Of a stretch of 64,000 bases of DNA, positions 21,290 through 34,733 are shown one piece after another (positions within the stretch are counted from its first letter, which is position 1; each line of letters opens with the position of its first letter). Position numbers and translations under genes: made by a program. Origin of the DNA: an uncultured Roseovarius sp. (GTDB taxonomy: Bacteria > Pseudomonadota > Alphaproteobacteria > Rhodobacterales > Rhodobacteraceae); the NCBI GenBank assembly GCA_964570675.1, contig CAZMZS010000001.1, positions 3,770 through 67,769 of the forward strand, read 5' to 3'. Under the pieces are notes generated by a model. The model was not told the DNA's origin. It searched no databases and saw nothing but the letters and a program-made list of their open reading frames with translations.

Positions 21290-22882
21290 ATGACGACCGA
21301 TCTCGCCCCCGTGCGCCGAGCCCTTCTTTCCGTTTCCGACAAGACCGGACTGGTCGAACTGGGCCAGGCCCTGGCCGATCGCGGGGTCGAGCTGTTGTCG
21401 ACCGGCGGCAGCGCCAAGGCGTTGCGTGATGCGGGGCTGGTGGTGAAGGATGTAGCCGAGGTCACCGGCTTTCCCGAGATGATGGACGGGCGGGTCAAGA
21501 CCCTGCATCCGGGCGTTCATGGCGGGCTGCTGGCGCTGCGCGACGACGATCAGCACATGGCGGCGATGACCGCCCACGGGATCAGGCCGATCGACCTTTT
21601 GGTGGTCAACCTCTATCCCTTTGAGGAGACTGTCGCCAAGGGCGCCGATTACGCGACCTGCATCGAGAATATCGACATCGGTGGCCCGGCCATGATCCGC
21701 GCGGCGGCCAAGAATCATGCCTTTGTCAATGTGGTGGTGGATGTCGAGGATTACCTGCCCCTGCTGGACGAACTGGCCGCGCATGACGGGCAGACCAGCT
21801 ATGCCTTCCGCCAGCGGCTTGCGCTGACCGCCTATGCGCGTACGGGCGCTTATGATGCGGCGGTCTCGGGCTGGATGGCCGCGGCCTTGGACGAACCCGC
21901 GCCGCGCCGCCGCGCCGTGGCCGGCAAGCTGGCGCAGACACTGCGTTACGGCGAGAACCCGCATCAGAGCGCGGCCTTCTATCTTGATGGCTCGAACCGT
22001 CCCGGCGTGGCCACAGCCGCTCAGCATCAGGGCAAGGAGCTGAGCTACAACAATATCAACGACACCGACGCGGCCTTCGAACTGGTCAGTGAATTCCTGC
22101 CCAAGGATGGCCCGGCCTGCGCGATCATCAAGCACGCCAATCCCTGCGGCGTGGCGCGGGGTGCGACCCTCAAGGAGGCCTATGCGCGCGCCTTTGATTG
22201 TGACCGGACCTCGGCCTTTGGCGGGATCGTCGCGCTGAATTCGACCCTGGACCGCGAGACCGCCGAGGAGATCTGCGAGATCTTTACCGAAGTGGTCATC
22301 GCCCCGGGCGCCCACCGGGAGGCCAAGGAGGTGTTCGCACGCAAGAAGAACCTGCGCCTGTTGACCACTCCCGGCCTTGCCAATCCCGCCGAGTCGGGCC
22401 TGATGCTGCGGCAGGTTTCGGGCGGTTACCTGGTGCAGGACAAGGATAACGGGCGGCTGGACGTCGCGGATCTGAAGGTGGTGACCAAGCGGGCGCCCAG
22501 CGATCAGGAACTGGCCGACCTGCTGTTCGCCTGGCGCGTCGCCAAGCACGTGAAGTCGAACGCCATCGTCTATGTCAAGGACGGGGCCACGGTGGGCGTC
22601 GGGGCCGGGCAGATGAGCCGCGTCGACAGTTGCCGCATCGCCGCGCGCAAGGCCGAGGACATGGCCGCGACACTGGGTCTCGATGCGCCGCTGACACGCG
22701 GCAGCGTGGTGGCGTCGGATGCGTTCTTTCCCTTTGCCGATGGCCTGCTGACGGCTGCGGAGGCCGGGGCGACGGCGGTGATCCAGCCCGGCGGATCAAT
22801 GCGCGACGACGAGGTGATCGCCGCCGCCGATGAAGCCGGGTTGACGATGGTCGTGACCGGCATGCGCCATTTCCGTCATTAG
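21290..22882 (+). CDS. purH: Bifunctional AICAR transformylase/IMP cyclohydrolase
   Basis: [40 protein letters not shown]. Confidence 0.98.
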   Translation: MTTDLAPVRRALLSVSDKTGLVELGQALADRGVELLSTGGSAKALRDAGLVVKDVAEVTGFPEMMDGRVKTLHPGVHGGLLALRDDDQHMAAMTAHGIRPIDLLVVNLYPFEETVAKGADYATCIENIDIGGPAMIRAAAKNHAFVNVVVDVEDYLPLLDELAAHDGQTSYAFRQRLALTAYARTGAYDAAVSGWMAAALDEPAPRRRAVAGKLAQTLRYGENPHQSAAFYLDGSNRPGVATAAQHQGKELSYNNINDTDAAFELVSEFLPKDGPACAIIKHANPCGVARGATLKEAYARAFDCDRTSAFGGIVALNSTLDRETAEEICEIFTEVVIAPGAHREAKEVFARKKNLRLLTTPGLANPAESGLMLRQVSGGYLVQDKDNGRLDVADLKVVTKRAPSDQELADLLFAWRVAKHVKSNAIVYVKDGATVGVGAGQMSRVDSCRIAARKAEDMAATLGLDAPLTRGSVVASDAFFPFADGLLTAAEAGATAVIQPGGSMRDDEVIAAADEAGLTMVVTGMRHFRH

Positions 22883-22892
22883 GGGGCAAGCG

Positions 22893-23366
22893 ATGCGATT
22901 GGTTTTCTGGGCGGGTCTGTTGACGCTGCTGCTGGATCAGGTGACGAAATACTGGATCGTGCATGCGCTGAACCTGCGCGAGCTGGGGTCGCTGGACGTG
23001 TTTCCGCCCTACCTGAACCTGCGCATGGCGTGGAATTACGGTATCAATTTCGGGCTGATGTCGGGGGGCAACCCGATCATGCGGTGGGTCCTGATCGCGG
23101 TGGCGCTGCTGATTTCGGGTCTTGTGCTGTGGTGGGTCCATCGCGACCAGGGCGGTCGCTGGCAGATGCTTTCGGCCGGCCTGCTGATTGGCGGGGCGAT
23201 TGGAAACGTGATTGACCGGGTGCTTTACGGGGCGGTTGCGGATTTCCTCAATATGTCCTGTTGCGGGATCAACAACCCGTTTGCTTTCAATGTCGCGGAT
23301 ATCGCGGTTTTCGCCGGGGCAATCGGGCTGGTCCTGTTCAGCCCGCCTGCGAAAAACGCCTCGTGA
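22893..23366 (+). CDS. lspA: Lipoprotein signal peptidase II
   Basis: DQVTK, WNYGINFG, GGAIGNVIDR, VADFL, FNVAD. Confidence 0.96.
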   Translation: MRLVFWAGLLTLLLDQVTKYWIVHALNLRELGSLDVFPPYLNLRMAWNYGINFGLMSGGNPIMRWVLIAVALLISGLVLWWVHRDQGGRWQMLSAGLLIGGAIGNVIDRVLYGAVADFLNMSCCGINNPFAFNVADIAVFAGAIGLVLFSPPAKNAS

Positions 23367-23418
23367 CCTCGGGCAAAGGATGCGATACATCTGTTCGCGA
23401 AACCGAAGGAGACGGGCG

Positions 23419-23943
23419 ATGAGCGTGCCGCGCGTGACAGTATTGATCCTCAGTCTTGGCCTGGCCGCCTGCGGCAGCCGGGGCGAGGATGTGACGCTGA
23501 GCTATTTCAAGAACAATGGCGAAGGTCCGAACGAATTCACGGTGCTGCCGACCAAACCGTTGCAGACGCCCGAAAGCTATTCAGCGCTGCCCGCGCCTGC
23601 GCCGGGCTCGGCCAATCTTGTCGATACCAATCCCAAGGCCGAAGGGGTCGCCGCGCTTGGCGGCAATCCCGCAGCGCTGAACAGGACCGCGCCTGCCGCC
23701 GCTGACAGCGGGCTCGTGCGTCATGCCGGGCGTTACGGCACGCAGCCGGGAATTCGCCAGACGCTGGCGCGCGAAGATGCCGAAACCCGCCGCAAGCATG
23801 GCCGGGTGAACATCCTGCGCCTTGGGCCGGTGGATGACTACACCAATGCCTACAAGCGCCAATGGCTTGACCCGAGCAACGAGGAAATGCGCATGCGCCG
23901 CGCGGGCGTCGAAACGCCCAGCGCGCCGCCCCCCGAGGACTGA
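23419..23943 (+). CDS. DUF3035 family lipoprotein
   Basis: Lipobox LAAC; GPNEFTVLPTKPL motif; AAGGAG RBS. Confidence 0.8.
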   Translation: MSVPRVTVLILSLGLAACGSRGEDVTLSYFKNNGEGPNEFTVLPTKPLQTPESYSALPAPAPGSANLVDTNPKAEGVAALGGNPAALNRTAPAAADSGLVRHAGRYGTQPGIRQTLAREDAETRRKHGRVNILRLGPVDDYTNAYKRQWLDPSNEEMRMRRAGVETPSAPPPED

Positions 23944-24034
23944 AGCGTATCACAACCCTGTCACCGCGCTTGCATCGTGGCTTTGCCGACGTATGTTTCT
24001 GGCGAGAGAACCGTCGGAAATTTGGAGACACGGG

Positions 24035-25366
24035 ATGCGCAAGTTCATCGCCTGTCTGATTCTCGGTCTGGCCGCTGCATTGCCGGCCTCTGCCAAGGAT
24101 CAGGTCACGACCTTCACGCTTGATAACGGGATGGATGTCGTGGTGATCGAAGATCACCGCGCGCCGGTCGTTGTGCACATGGTCTGGTATCGTGCCGGGG
24201 CGGCGGATGAACCGCCGGGCGCCTCGGGTGTTGCGCATTACCTTGAACACCTTTTGTTCAAGGGCACCGAGAACATGGAGTCGGGAGAGTTTTCGGAGGT
24301 GGTGGCGCGCAATGGCGGGTCGGACAACGCCTTTACCAGCTATGACTACACCGCTTATTTCCAGAGGGTCGCCTCGGACCGGCTTGGCCTGATGATGAAG
24401 ATGGAAAGCGACCGGATGGTCAACCTGCGCCTGACCGAACAGGATATTGCCGCCGAACGCGACGTGATCCTGGAGGAACGCAACCAGAGGGTCGAGAACA
24501 GCCCCGGCTCGCTGCTGCGCGAACAGAAGAATGCGGCGCAGTATCTCAATCATCCTTACGGCACGCCGATCATCGGCTGGCGGAACGAGATGCGCGCGCT
24601 GGACATGGAAAAGGCGCTGGATTTCTACAAGACCTTCTACGCGCCCAACAACGCGATCCTGATCGTGGCCGGGGATGTGATGCCCGACGAGGTGCGCGCG
24701 CTGGCCGAGGAGCATTACGGCAAGCTGCCCGCCAACCCCGATCTGCCCGAACGCGCCCGCCCGCAGGAGCCGCGACAGATGGCCGAACGGCGGATCGCCC
24801 TCGAGGATGCGCGCGTCGCGCAGCCCTATGTCACCCGTTCCTACCTTGCGCCCGAGAGGGACAGCGGCGATCAGGAAAAAGCCGCAGCGCTGGACCTTCT
24901 GGCCGAAATCCTTGGCGGCGGAACTACATCACTGATGGCCGAAAAGCTTCAATTCGAGACCCAGCGCGCGGTCAGCACTTCGGCCTTTTACGGCGGCACG
25001 TCGCTTGACGATACGACCTTCGGGCTTGCGGTGGTGCCTGCACCGGGTGTCACGCTGCAGCAGGCCGAGGATGCCATGGACGAAGTGATCGCGGCCTTTA
25101 TGGAAGAGGGCGTGGACAGCGAACAGCTTGCACGGATCAAGATGCAGGTGCGCGCCTCGGAAATATATGCCCGCGACGATGTGGGCCGTCTGGCGAACCG
25201 CTATGGCCGGGCATTGACGCAGGGCCTGACCGTCGAGGACGTGCAGGCCTGGCCCGAAGTCCTCGACGCCGTCACCGAAGAAGACATCATGAGCGCCGCG
25301 CAGGAATTGTTCGAACGCAATAATTCCGTGACCGCCTGGCTGACCGCACCGGAGGTGACCCAATGA
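24035..25366 (+). CDS. M16 (pitrilysin) family zinc peptidase, catalytic subunit, exported
   Basis: Signal peptide; GVAHYLEHLLFKGT (HxxEH) and EERNQR. Confidence 0.92.
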   Translation: MRKFIACLILGLAAALPASAKDQVTTFTLDNGMDVVVIEDHRAPVVVHMVWYRAGAADEPPGASGVAHYLEHLLFKGTENMESGEFSEVVARNGGSDNAFTSYDYTAYFQRVASDRLGLMMKMESDRMVNLRLTEQDIAAERDVILEERNQRVENSPGSLLREQKNAAQYLNHPYGTPIIGWRNEMRALDMEKALDFYKTFYAPNNAILIVAGDVMPDEVRALAEEHYGKLPANPDLPERARPQEPRQMAERRIALEDARVAQPYVTRSYLAPERDSGDQEKAAALDLLAEILGGGTTSLMAEKLQFETQRAVSTSAFYGGTSLDDTTFGLAVVPAPGVTLQQAEDAMDEVIAAFMEEGVDSEQLARIKMQVRASEIYARDDVGRLANRYGRALTQGLTVEDVQAWPEVLDAVTEEDIMSAAQELFERNNSVTAWLTAPEVTQ

Positions 25367-26676
25367 TCCGTTACGTTCTGGCGTTTGTCGCCAGCTTTAT
25401 CGCGCTTCCCGCCCTGGCGGAAGTGGACATCGAAGAGATCACCACCCCGGGCGAAATTGACGCTTGGCTGGTCGAGGACCATACCAACCCCTTTGTCGCG
25501 CTGGAACTGCGCTTTCGGGGCGGTGCATCGCTTGACCCCGAGGGGCAACGCGGCGTCACCAACCTGATGGTCGGGTTGCTGGAGGAAGGCGCCGGCGACA
25601 TGGATTCGCGCGCCTTTGCACGCGCCACCGAAGAGCTGGCGGCATCGTTCCGCTATGACCTTTCGGATGACACGGTCAGCGTGTCGGCGCGGTTCCTGAC
25701 CGAAAACCGGGACGAGGCGGTCGCGCTCTTGCGCGCGAGCCTGATCGATCCGGCCTTTGACCAACCGTCGATCGACCGGGTGCGCGAGCAGGTGAATTCG
25801 GTGATCCGGTCGAACCAGACCGATCCCCGCAGGATCGCGGGCCGGAATCTTGATGAGCTGGTCTATGGCAACCATCCCTATGGCAGTTCCCTCAACGGGA
25901 CGCTGGATAGCGTGGCGGAGCTGACGCGGGACGATATCGTCGCAGCGCACAAGGCGGCGCTGGCGCGCGATCGGCTTTATGTCAGTGCTGTGGGGGATAT
26001 CACCGTCGAGGAACTGACCGCGCTTCTGGATGAGCTTCTTCTGGACTTGCCCGCCGAAGGCGCGCCGCTGCCCGGACAGGCCGAGCTGAACCTGCCCGGA
26101 GGCGTTCAGGTGGTGGAATTCGACACGCCCCAGTCGGTGGCGAATTTTGCCCAGCCCGGCATCAAGCGGGACGATCCCGATTTCTTTGCCGCCTATGTGC
26201 TCAATTACATCCTTGGCGGCGGTTCATTCGAAAGCCGCCTGATGCAGGAGGTGCGCGAGAAGCGCGGGCTGACCTATGGGGTCTATTCCTATCTTGCGGA
26301 TCGCGACGCGGCCGAGATCTGGATGGGCAGCGTGGCATCTTCCAATGAGAGGGTCGGCGAAGCGATCGAGGTGATCCGCGCGGAATGGGCGAAGATAAGC
26401 GAAGATGGCGTTACCGCCGAAGAGCTGGCGGACGCCAAGACCTACCTGACGGGGGCCTATCCACTGCGGTTCGACGGCAATGCGCCGATTGCGAATATCG
26501 CGGTCAACATGCAGATGGAGGAGCTTCCCACGGATTACATCTCGAACCGGAACGAAATGGTGAATGCCGTGACGCTGGAAGATGTGACTCGTGTCGCCAA
26601 GGAGCTTCTGTCGCCCGACAAGCTGACCTTCGTGGTGGTCGGAAAGCCCGAAGGCGTCATGTCGACCATCAACTGA
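25363..26676 (+). CDS. M16 family peptidase, non-catalytic subunit, exported
   Basis: Signal peptide; no HxxEH; SRLMQEVREKRGLTYG. Coupled to the upstream gene. Confidence 0.9.
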   Translation: MIRYVLAFVASFIALPALAEVDIEEITTPGEIDAWLVEDHTNPFVALELRFRGGASLDPEGQRGVTNLMVGLLEEGAGDMDSRAFARATEELAASFRYDLSDDTVSVSARFLTENRDEAVALLRASLIDPAFDQPSIDRVREQVNSVIRSNQTDPRRIAGRNLDELVYGNHPYGSSLNGTLDSVAELTRDDIVAAHKAALARDRLYVSAVGDITVEELTALLDELLLDLPAEGAPLPGQAELNLPGGVQVVEFDTPQSVANFAQPGIKRDDPDFFAAYVLNYILGGGSFESRLMQEVREKRGLTYGVYSYLADRDAAEIWMGSVASSNERVGEAIEVIRAEWAKISEDGVTAEELADAKTYLTGAYPLRFDGNAPIANIAVNMQMEELPTDYISNRNEMVNAVTLEDVTRVAKELLSPDKLTFVVVGKPEGVMSTIN

Positions 26677-26696
26677 GGGCTGCGGCCCTTGAGGTG

Positions 26697-26731
26697 AAAT
26701 GGGCGGCGCCTTGAAAAAGCGCCGCCCAAAA
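26697..26731 (-). terminator. Hairpin terminator between the convergent M16 gene and gyrB
   Basis: TGGGCGGCGC/GCGCCGCCCA inverted repeat flanked by short A/T runs. Confidence 0.6.
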
Positions 26732-26750
26732 TGCACCGCCCCGGCGGCGT

Positions 26751-29228
<2,478 letters not shown>

Positions 29229-29328
29229 TTACCCCAATATTTTGTGGTCTGACAGCGGCGATCCGCAAGGCCGGCGGGCACGCTTGCAGGCGGGCCGGTT
29301 GCGCACGCTCGAGCGAGACCGCGCAGGC

Positions 29329-29949
29329 TCAGTTGAAGGCGATCACGACTCCGACCACGATCAGCAGCCAGCCGGAAACCACATTGGTGCGCCGGATCGC
29401 TTCGGGCGAGCTCATCACCCGGCGAACCCGGTCCACGAACAGTGCGAGGCTCAGGTTGCCCACCAAGGGCACGGCGAAGGACAGGAACACGATGGCGGCG
29501 ATATCGGGCGGGGTGATGCGCGTCAGATCGAAGAAGCCCGGCAGGACGCCCATGTAGAACAGGATCGCCTTGGGATTGCCCAGGATCGCCGCCAGCCCGG
29601 CCATGAAACCCGCCCAGGTGCCGGGCCGGGTCAGACGGCTGTCGGCGGCGATGGAGCGGTTGGCGTTGCGGATCAAGAGGACTCCCATGCCGACGAACAT
29701 CAGCACCGCAATGATCTTGAGCGCCAGCATGAAGCCGGAAAACACCGACACGATCCAGCTGACCCCTAGAATGGCCAGGAACGGCCAGAGCATGTCACCC
29801 ACCACCACGCCAAGCGCCAGCGGCCAGGCGGCCTGAAAACCGCCCGACATGGAGCGCGCCAGCATCGCCAGCCAGACCGGCCCCGGCGTCAGGAACAGCA
29901 CCAGAAGCGCACCCGCGTAAAGCGCCAGATCAGAAAGCGAAAGGGTCAT
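29329..29949 (-). CDS. LysE/RhtB family translocator
   Basis: Hydrophobic protein; LTPGP, GDMLW, GNPKAILFY motifs. Confidence 0.9.
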   Translation of the reverse strand: MTLSLSDLALYAGALLVLFLTPGPVWLAMLARSMSGGFQAAWPLALGVVVGDMLWPFLAILGVSWIVSVFSGFMLALKIIAVLMFVGMGVLLIRNANRSIAADSRLTRPGTWAGFMAGLAAILGNPKAILFYMGVLPGFFDLTRITPPDIAAIVFLSFAVPLVGNLSLALFVDRVRRVMSSPEAIRRTNVVSGWLLIVVGVVIAFN

Positions 29950-31058
29950 GGGCCGGGCCTTTCGCTGATCTGGCTGATGCCGTCGTTTTCGCTCACGTTC
30001 ACTGTCTGCGCCCGGTCACCCAGTTCGGCGAACAGCTCCGGCCCCGTGCCCGTCATCCAGGCCTGGGCACCAAGCGCGCAGATTTCGTCATAGAGGGCCG
30101 CGCGACGCTGCGCGTCAAGATGCGCGGCGACCTCGTCCAGCAACAAGAGCGGCGGCGCCCCGAAATCGCGCGCCAGCGCGCGGGCATTGGCCAGGATCAG
30201 TGACACCAGAAGCGCCTTTTGCTCGCCGGTGGAGCAATCGCGCGCGGGCACGCCCTTGGCCGCGTAGACACCGTAAAGATCGGCGCGATGCGGCCCGACC
30301 AGCGTGCGCCCGGCGGCAAGGTCGCGAAAACGGCTTTCGGCCAGCGCCTCGGCAAGGTCAGAGGGCGTGTTTGGGATCTCGCCCTCGGTGGCGATCAGGT
30401 CCAGCTCGGCCACGGGAAACGCGGTCCGGGCCTCGGCCTGCGCCGCACCGAGCTGTTCAATCGCGTGAAGCCGGTTGGCATGGATCGCCGCGCCATGTTC
30501 GGCCATCTGCCGTTCCAAGGCGATATACCAATGCGCATCGCGCACCTGATCCTTGAGCAGGCGGTTACGCTCGCGCATGGCCTTTTCATAGGCGAGCGAG
30601 GCATCGGCGTGGTCAGGGCGAAAGCTCATCGTCATCCGGTCAAGAAACCGTCGCCGCCCGTCAGTGCCTTCGATCCAGAGCCGGTCCATCGCCGGAACCA
30701 GCCACAACACCCGCGCGATTCGCCCAAGCGCGGTCTGGGCGGCGGGCTTGCCGTCGATCCGGGTCTGGCGCGCCGCGCCTTCCTCGGACCATATCTCGAC
30801 CTCGTGCAGCTGATGCAGAGACTGAAGCACCGCGGTGATCTTCCAGCCAAGGGATTCAGGGCGGCGGGCGATATCCTGCGCCGCCGCGCGCCGCAGCCCG
30901 CGCCCCGGCGACAAAAGTGACACCGCTTCAAGGATGTTGGTCTTGCCCGCGCCGTTGGGGCCGTGAATGGCCACCGGACGCGCATCAAGCTCGAGCCGCG
31001 CCGATTTATGCGAGCGGACATGCGACAGGGTGAGGCGGGACAGGAAAAGACCGGGCAT
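29946..31058 (-). CDS. recF: DNA replication/repair protein RecF
   Basis: GPNGAGKTNILEA, RRRFLD, STGEQK, LLLLDEVAAHLD. Confidence 0.97.
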   Translation of the reverse strand: MPGLFLSRLTLSHVRSHKSARLELDARPVAIHGPNGAGKTNILEAVSLLSPGRGLRRAAAQDIARRPESLGWKITAVLQSLHQLHEVEIWSEEGAARQTRIDGKPAAQTALGRIARVLWLVPAMDRLWIEGTDGRRRFLDRMTMSFRPDHADASLAYEKAMRERNRLLKDQVRDAHWYIALERQMAEHGAAIHANRLHAIEQLGAAQAEARTAFPVAELDLIATEGEIPNTPSDLAEALAESRFRDLAAGRTLVGPHRADLYGVYAAKGVPARDCSTGEQKALLVSLILANARALARDFGAPPLLLLDEVAAHLDAQRRAALYDEICALGAQAWMTGTGPELFAELGDRAQTVNVSENDGISQISERPGP

Positions 31059-31128
31059 CACGCGCCCTTCATCGTTCCGAAAATACTCTCGCCGAAGGCA
31101 TCAGCAAGGCCGGATCCAAAGCGCGGCG

Positions 31129-32247
31129 TCACACCCGCATCGGCATGACGACATAGACGGCGCTGGTGTCGTTGCCTTCGCGCATCAGCGTCGGGTCGCC
31201 CGAGGAGTTGAACAGGAACACGGCGTTCTCGCGGTCCACCTGGCTGGCGATCTCGAGCAGATACTTGGCGTTGAAGCCGATTTCGAGGCGCTCGTCACCA
31301 TAGGCCACGGCAAGTTCCTCTTCGGCGGCGCCGCTGTCTGGGGCGTTGACCGAAAGGATCAGGCGGTCCTCGTCGAGCGACAGCTTGACTGCGCGCGAGC
31401 GCTCGGAGCTCACCGTCGCCACGCGATCGACAGCTTGCGCGAATTCGGCGGCGTCCACCTCCATCTTGCGGGTGTTCCCTTGGGGAATGACGCGGGTGTA
31501 ATCGGGGAAGGTGCCGTCGATCACCTTGGAGGTCAGCGTGATATCCGGGGTGGCGAAACGCACCTTGGTTTCCGAGACCGAGACGGCGATCTTCATGTCG
31601 TCATCATCCAGCAGCTTGCGCAGCTCGCCCACGGTCTTGCGCGGGACGATCACGCCGGGCATGTCCTCGGCACCCTCCGGAAGGTCGGCATCGATCCGGG
31701 CCAGCCGGTGGCCATCGGTGGCCACGCAGCGCAGCACCTTGCCACCTTCGGACTCGGCGACATGCATGTAGACGCCATTGAGATAGTAGCGGGTTTCCTC
31801 GGTGGAAATCGCGAATTTCGACTTGTCGAACAAGCGGCGCAGCACCGGGGCGGGGGCGCTGAAATTGCTGGAATATTCCGACGAGGCCATGACCGGGAAG
31901 TCTTCTTTGGGCAAGGTCGCAAGGTTGAAATTAGAGCGCCCCGCCTCGACGGTGAGGCGGCCCGAGGTGCCGTCGTCGCTGAGCGTGACAAGAGCGCCGT
32001 CGGGCAGTTTGCGCACAATCTCGTGCAGAGTGACGGCGCTGACGGTGGTGGCGCCGGCGCGTTCGACCTTGGCCGGGGCCTTGTCCACCACTTCGATATC
32101 GAGGTCGGTGGCGCGGAAATGAACGTCGTCGCCTTCCGCCTCGATCAGCACGTTTGCAAGGATCGGAATGGTGTTGCGCCGCTCGACCACAGATTGTGCC
32201 TGCGACACCGCCTTGAGCAGCGTTCCGCGTTCGATGCTGAGTTTCAT
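31129..32247 (-). CDS. dnaN: DNA polymerase III beta sliding clamp
   Basis: TIPILANVLI, ETRYYLNG, ATDGHRLA, VVMPMRV. Confidence 0.98.
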   Translation of the reverse strand: MKLSIERGTLLKAVSQAQSVVERRNTIPILANVLIEAEGDDVHFRATDLDIEVVDKAPAKVERAGATTVSAVTLHEIVRKLPDGALVTLSDDGTSGRLTVEAGRSNFNLATLPKEDFPVMASSEYSSNFSAPAPVLRRLFDKSKFAISTEETRYYLNGVYMHVAESEGGKVLRCVATDGHRLARIDADLPEGAEDMPGVIVPRKTVGELRKLLDDDDMKIAVSVSETKVRFATPDITLTSKVIDGTFPDYTRVIPQGNTRKMEVDAAEFAQAVDRVATVSSERSRAVKLSLDEDRLILSVNAPDSGAAEEELAVAYGDERLEIGFNAKYLLEIASQVDRENAVFLFNSSGDPTLMREGNDTSAVYVVMPMRV

Positions 32248-32411
32248 GCCCTCGCTCCCGAATAGGTGCCGGCGTCGTGCCGGAGGGGCACGTTAGCAAC
32301 TTCCCCTTTCGGCTCAAGCCTTTTGTTGTTGTTTTTCGGTGTTATTCGCCGGGCCGTCAAGGGCGGCCCCGCACGCTGCGGGGCCAAGGACGGCACGGGA
32401 CGCCAGAATGC

Positions 32412-33782
32412 TCAGCCTTCAAGCGTCCGGCGCAGGATTTCGAGGTCTTCGGCGATCTGCGCATCCTGAGCGCGAAGCTCGTCGATGCGGCGCACACCAT
32501 GCATGACGGTGGTGTGGTCGCGCCCGCCGAAGCGGCGGCCGATCTCGGGCAGGGAACGGCTGGTCATCTGCTTGCACAGATACATCGCCACTTGGCGCGG
32601 GCGCGCAAAGCTGCGCAGGCGCTTGGGGCCGATCATGTCGCTGAGGCGGATATTGTAGTGATCCGCCACCTGGCGCTGGATTTCCTCGACGCTGACCTTG
32701 CGCTCGGAAGCGCGCAGGATGTCGGCAAGGCAGTCCTGCGTCAGTTCCAGCGTGATCTCGTGGCCGACAAGCGAGGCAAAGGCAAAGAGCCGGGTCAGCG
32801 CCCCTTCCAGGACACGGACATTGGTGCTGATCCGGTGGGCCAGGAATTCCAGCACGCCATCCGACATCTGCAGGTCGGGATACTGGCGGGAATACTGCTC
32901 GCATTTGGACTGAAGGATACCGAGGCGCAGTTCGTAATCGGTCGGATGCAGGTCCACGACCAGCCCGCATTGCAGGCGCGACTTGATGCGGTCCTCGAGG
33001 TTCTCGATCTCGCCGGGGGCGCGATCACCCGAGATGACGATCTGCTTGTTCTGATCGACCAGCGCGTTGAAGGTGTGGAAGAATTCCTCCTGCGTGCTTT
33101 CCTTGCCGGCGATGAATTGCACGTCATCAACCATCAGCACATCGACCGAGCGGAACAATTCCTTGAAATCCATCATCTTGCGGTCGCGCAGCGCCTGCAC
33201 GAAGCGATACATGAACTGTTCGGCCGAGAGATACAGCACACTCAGTTCGGGCTGACGCGAGGTGAGCTCCCAAGCGATCGCATGCATGAGATGCGTCTTG
33301 CCGAGGCCGACGCCGCCATAAAGAAAGAGCGGGTTGAATGTGACCGGCCCGCCCTCGGCGACGCGCTTGGCGGCGGCATGGGCCAGCTCGTTGGGCTTGC
33401 CGACGACGAAAGTGTCGAAGGTAAAGCGCTCGTCCAGCGGCGCGGTATTGAGACGGATGTCGGGTTCCGTGTCGCTGCTTGCCTGCGCGGCCTGCTGCGG
33501 CGGCGTGGCGGATTTCACGCCACCGGTATCGCGCGCGGTGTTGGCGGCGGTACGGAATTGAATCCGGCGAATTTCAGGTGCGATCGAGTTCACCTGATAG
33601 AGGATCAGATCACCGAAATTCTGTGAGACGTAATTGCCAAGGAAGCTGGTCGGCACGTTGAAGGTGGCGACACCATCCTTAATGCCCGAGAGTTCAAGAG
33701 GCTCTATCCAGTTCGTGTAATTGTTCTTGCCGACTGTATTCAGAAGTCGTTGCTTGAGTTGGCCCCATTGTTCCTGCGTCAT
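32412..33782 (-). CDS. dnaA: Chromosomal replication initiator DnaA
   Basis: NPLFLYGGVGLGKTHL, VDDVQF, RPRQVAMYL, GGRDHTTV. Confidence 0.99.
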   Translation of the reverse strand: MTQEQWGQLKQRLLNTVGKNNYTNWIEPLELSGIKDGVATFNVPTSFLGNYVSQNFGDLILYQVNSIAPEIRRIQFRTAANTARDTGGVKSATPPQQAAQASSDTEPDIRLNTAPLDERFTFDTFVVGKPNELAHAAAKRVAEGGPVTFNPLFLYGGVGLGKTHLMHAIAWELTSRQPELSVLYLSAEQFMYRFVQALRDRKMMDFKELFRSVDVLMVDDVQFIAGKESTQEEFFHTFNALVDQNKQIVISGDRAPGEIENLEDRIKSRLQCGLVVDLHPTDYELRLGILQSKCEQYSRQYPDLQMSDGVLEFLAHRISTNVRVLEGALTRLFAFASLVGHEITLELTQDCLADILRASERKVSVEEIQRQVADHYNIRLSDMIGPKRLRSFARPRQVAMYLCKQMTSRSLPEIGRRFGGRDHTTVMHGVRRIDELRAQDAQIAEDLEILRRTLEG

Positions 33783-34225
33783 TCTTCCCCCGTATCGGAA
33801 TCGGATCTTCCAGTCTGCCCTTGTTACACGCTCGATCAGAGCGGGCGATCCGATGGCCGGAGGGATGAAGAAAGCTCAGGCAAAACCCAACGTCTCCGCT
33901 ACATTAATGCAGCAGCCGCCAAGCCCCTGCCCGGAGCCGAACTTCCAAAGGTCGCAACAGTAATGTCTGACGCGGCCTGTCCCCACATAAACCGCGCCGT
34001 CATTGCATTTGCGTGCCGTCTTGCCGGACAATCGCACAGCACGGTCAATGACCATTGAGCAAGCTGCCAGATACTGGCCGCCCGATCCTGTGCTACATGT
34101 CCCCCCAAGCGTGAATCGCTGGGTGAAGCTAGCAATTTCACGAGCGCCACGGCAACCGAACTTCGCGCTTGACATGACGTTTGTGTGAAAAGAATCTCCG
34201 CCCTCGTCGGGAAGGCCACAAACGC

Positions 34226-34254
34226 AAAAAGGCGCCGGGCTGACCGGCGCCTTT
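34226..34254 (-). terminator. Rho-independent terminator of rpsT
   Basis: Minus strand AAAGGCGCCGG-tcagc-CCGGCGCCTTTTT. Confidence 0.8.
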
Positions 34255-34280
34255 CGTATCAATGATTTAGCCCGAAAGCC

Positions 34281-34544
34281 TTAGCCGAGCGCCTTGACGC
34301 GGGCGGCGAGGCGGGAGACTTTGCGGGAGGCGGTGTTCTTGTGGAAGACGCCTTTGGTGACGCCACGCATCAGTTCCGGCTGGGCGGCGCGCAGGGCGGC
34401 CTGGGCGGCGTCCTTGTCGCCCGAGGCGATGGCCTCTTCGACCTTGCGAAGATGGGTGCGGATCCGCGAGCGGCGGGCCTTGTTGACGGCCAGACGGCTT
34501 TCGTTCTGGCGGGCGCGTTTCTTGGACTGGGGCGTATTTGCCAT
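34281..34544 (-). CDS. rpsT: 30S ribosomal protein S20
   Basis: [13 protein letters not shown]...[12 protein letters not shown]. Confidence 0.98.
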   Translation of the reverse strand: MANTPQSKKRARQNESRLAVNKARRSRIRTHLRKVEEAIASGDKDAAQAALRAAQPELMRGVTKGVFHKNTASRKVSRLAARVKALG

Positions 34545-34733
34545 ATGAATCAGACCTCTGTCAGGTTTGCGTTGTCTTTGAATGCGGTGCCGCAAACCCG
34601 AACGGGCGACGGATCGACCGGAGGTGATTCTAGCCAGAGCGGGCTGCACACGCATGTATAGCGGCGGCGTATAGCCAAGTTTGGGGTGTTTGCAAAGCCG
34701 AAACTGGGCGCAGGGGAACGAATCGTGCTCATA

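Noticed and set aside
33783..34280. Possible oriC beside dnaA
   Set aside because: I found no cluster of TTATCCACA-like DnaA boxes or a clear AT-rich unwinding element; alphaproteobacterial origins are often unlinked to dnaA.
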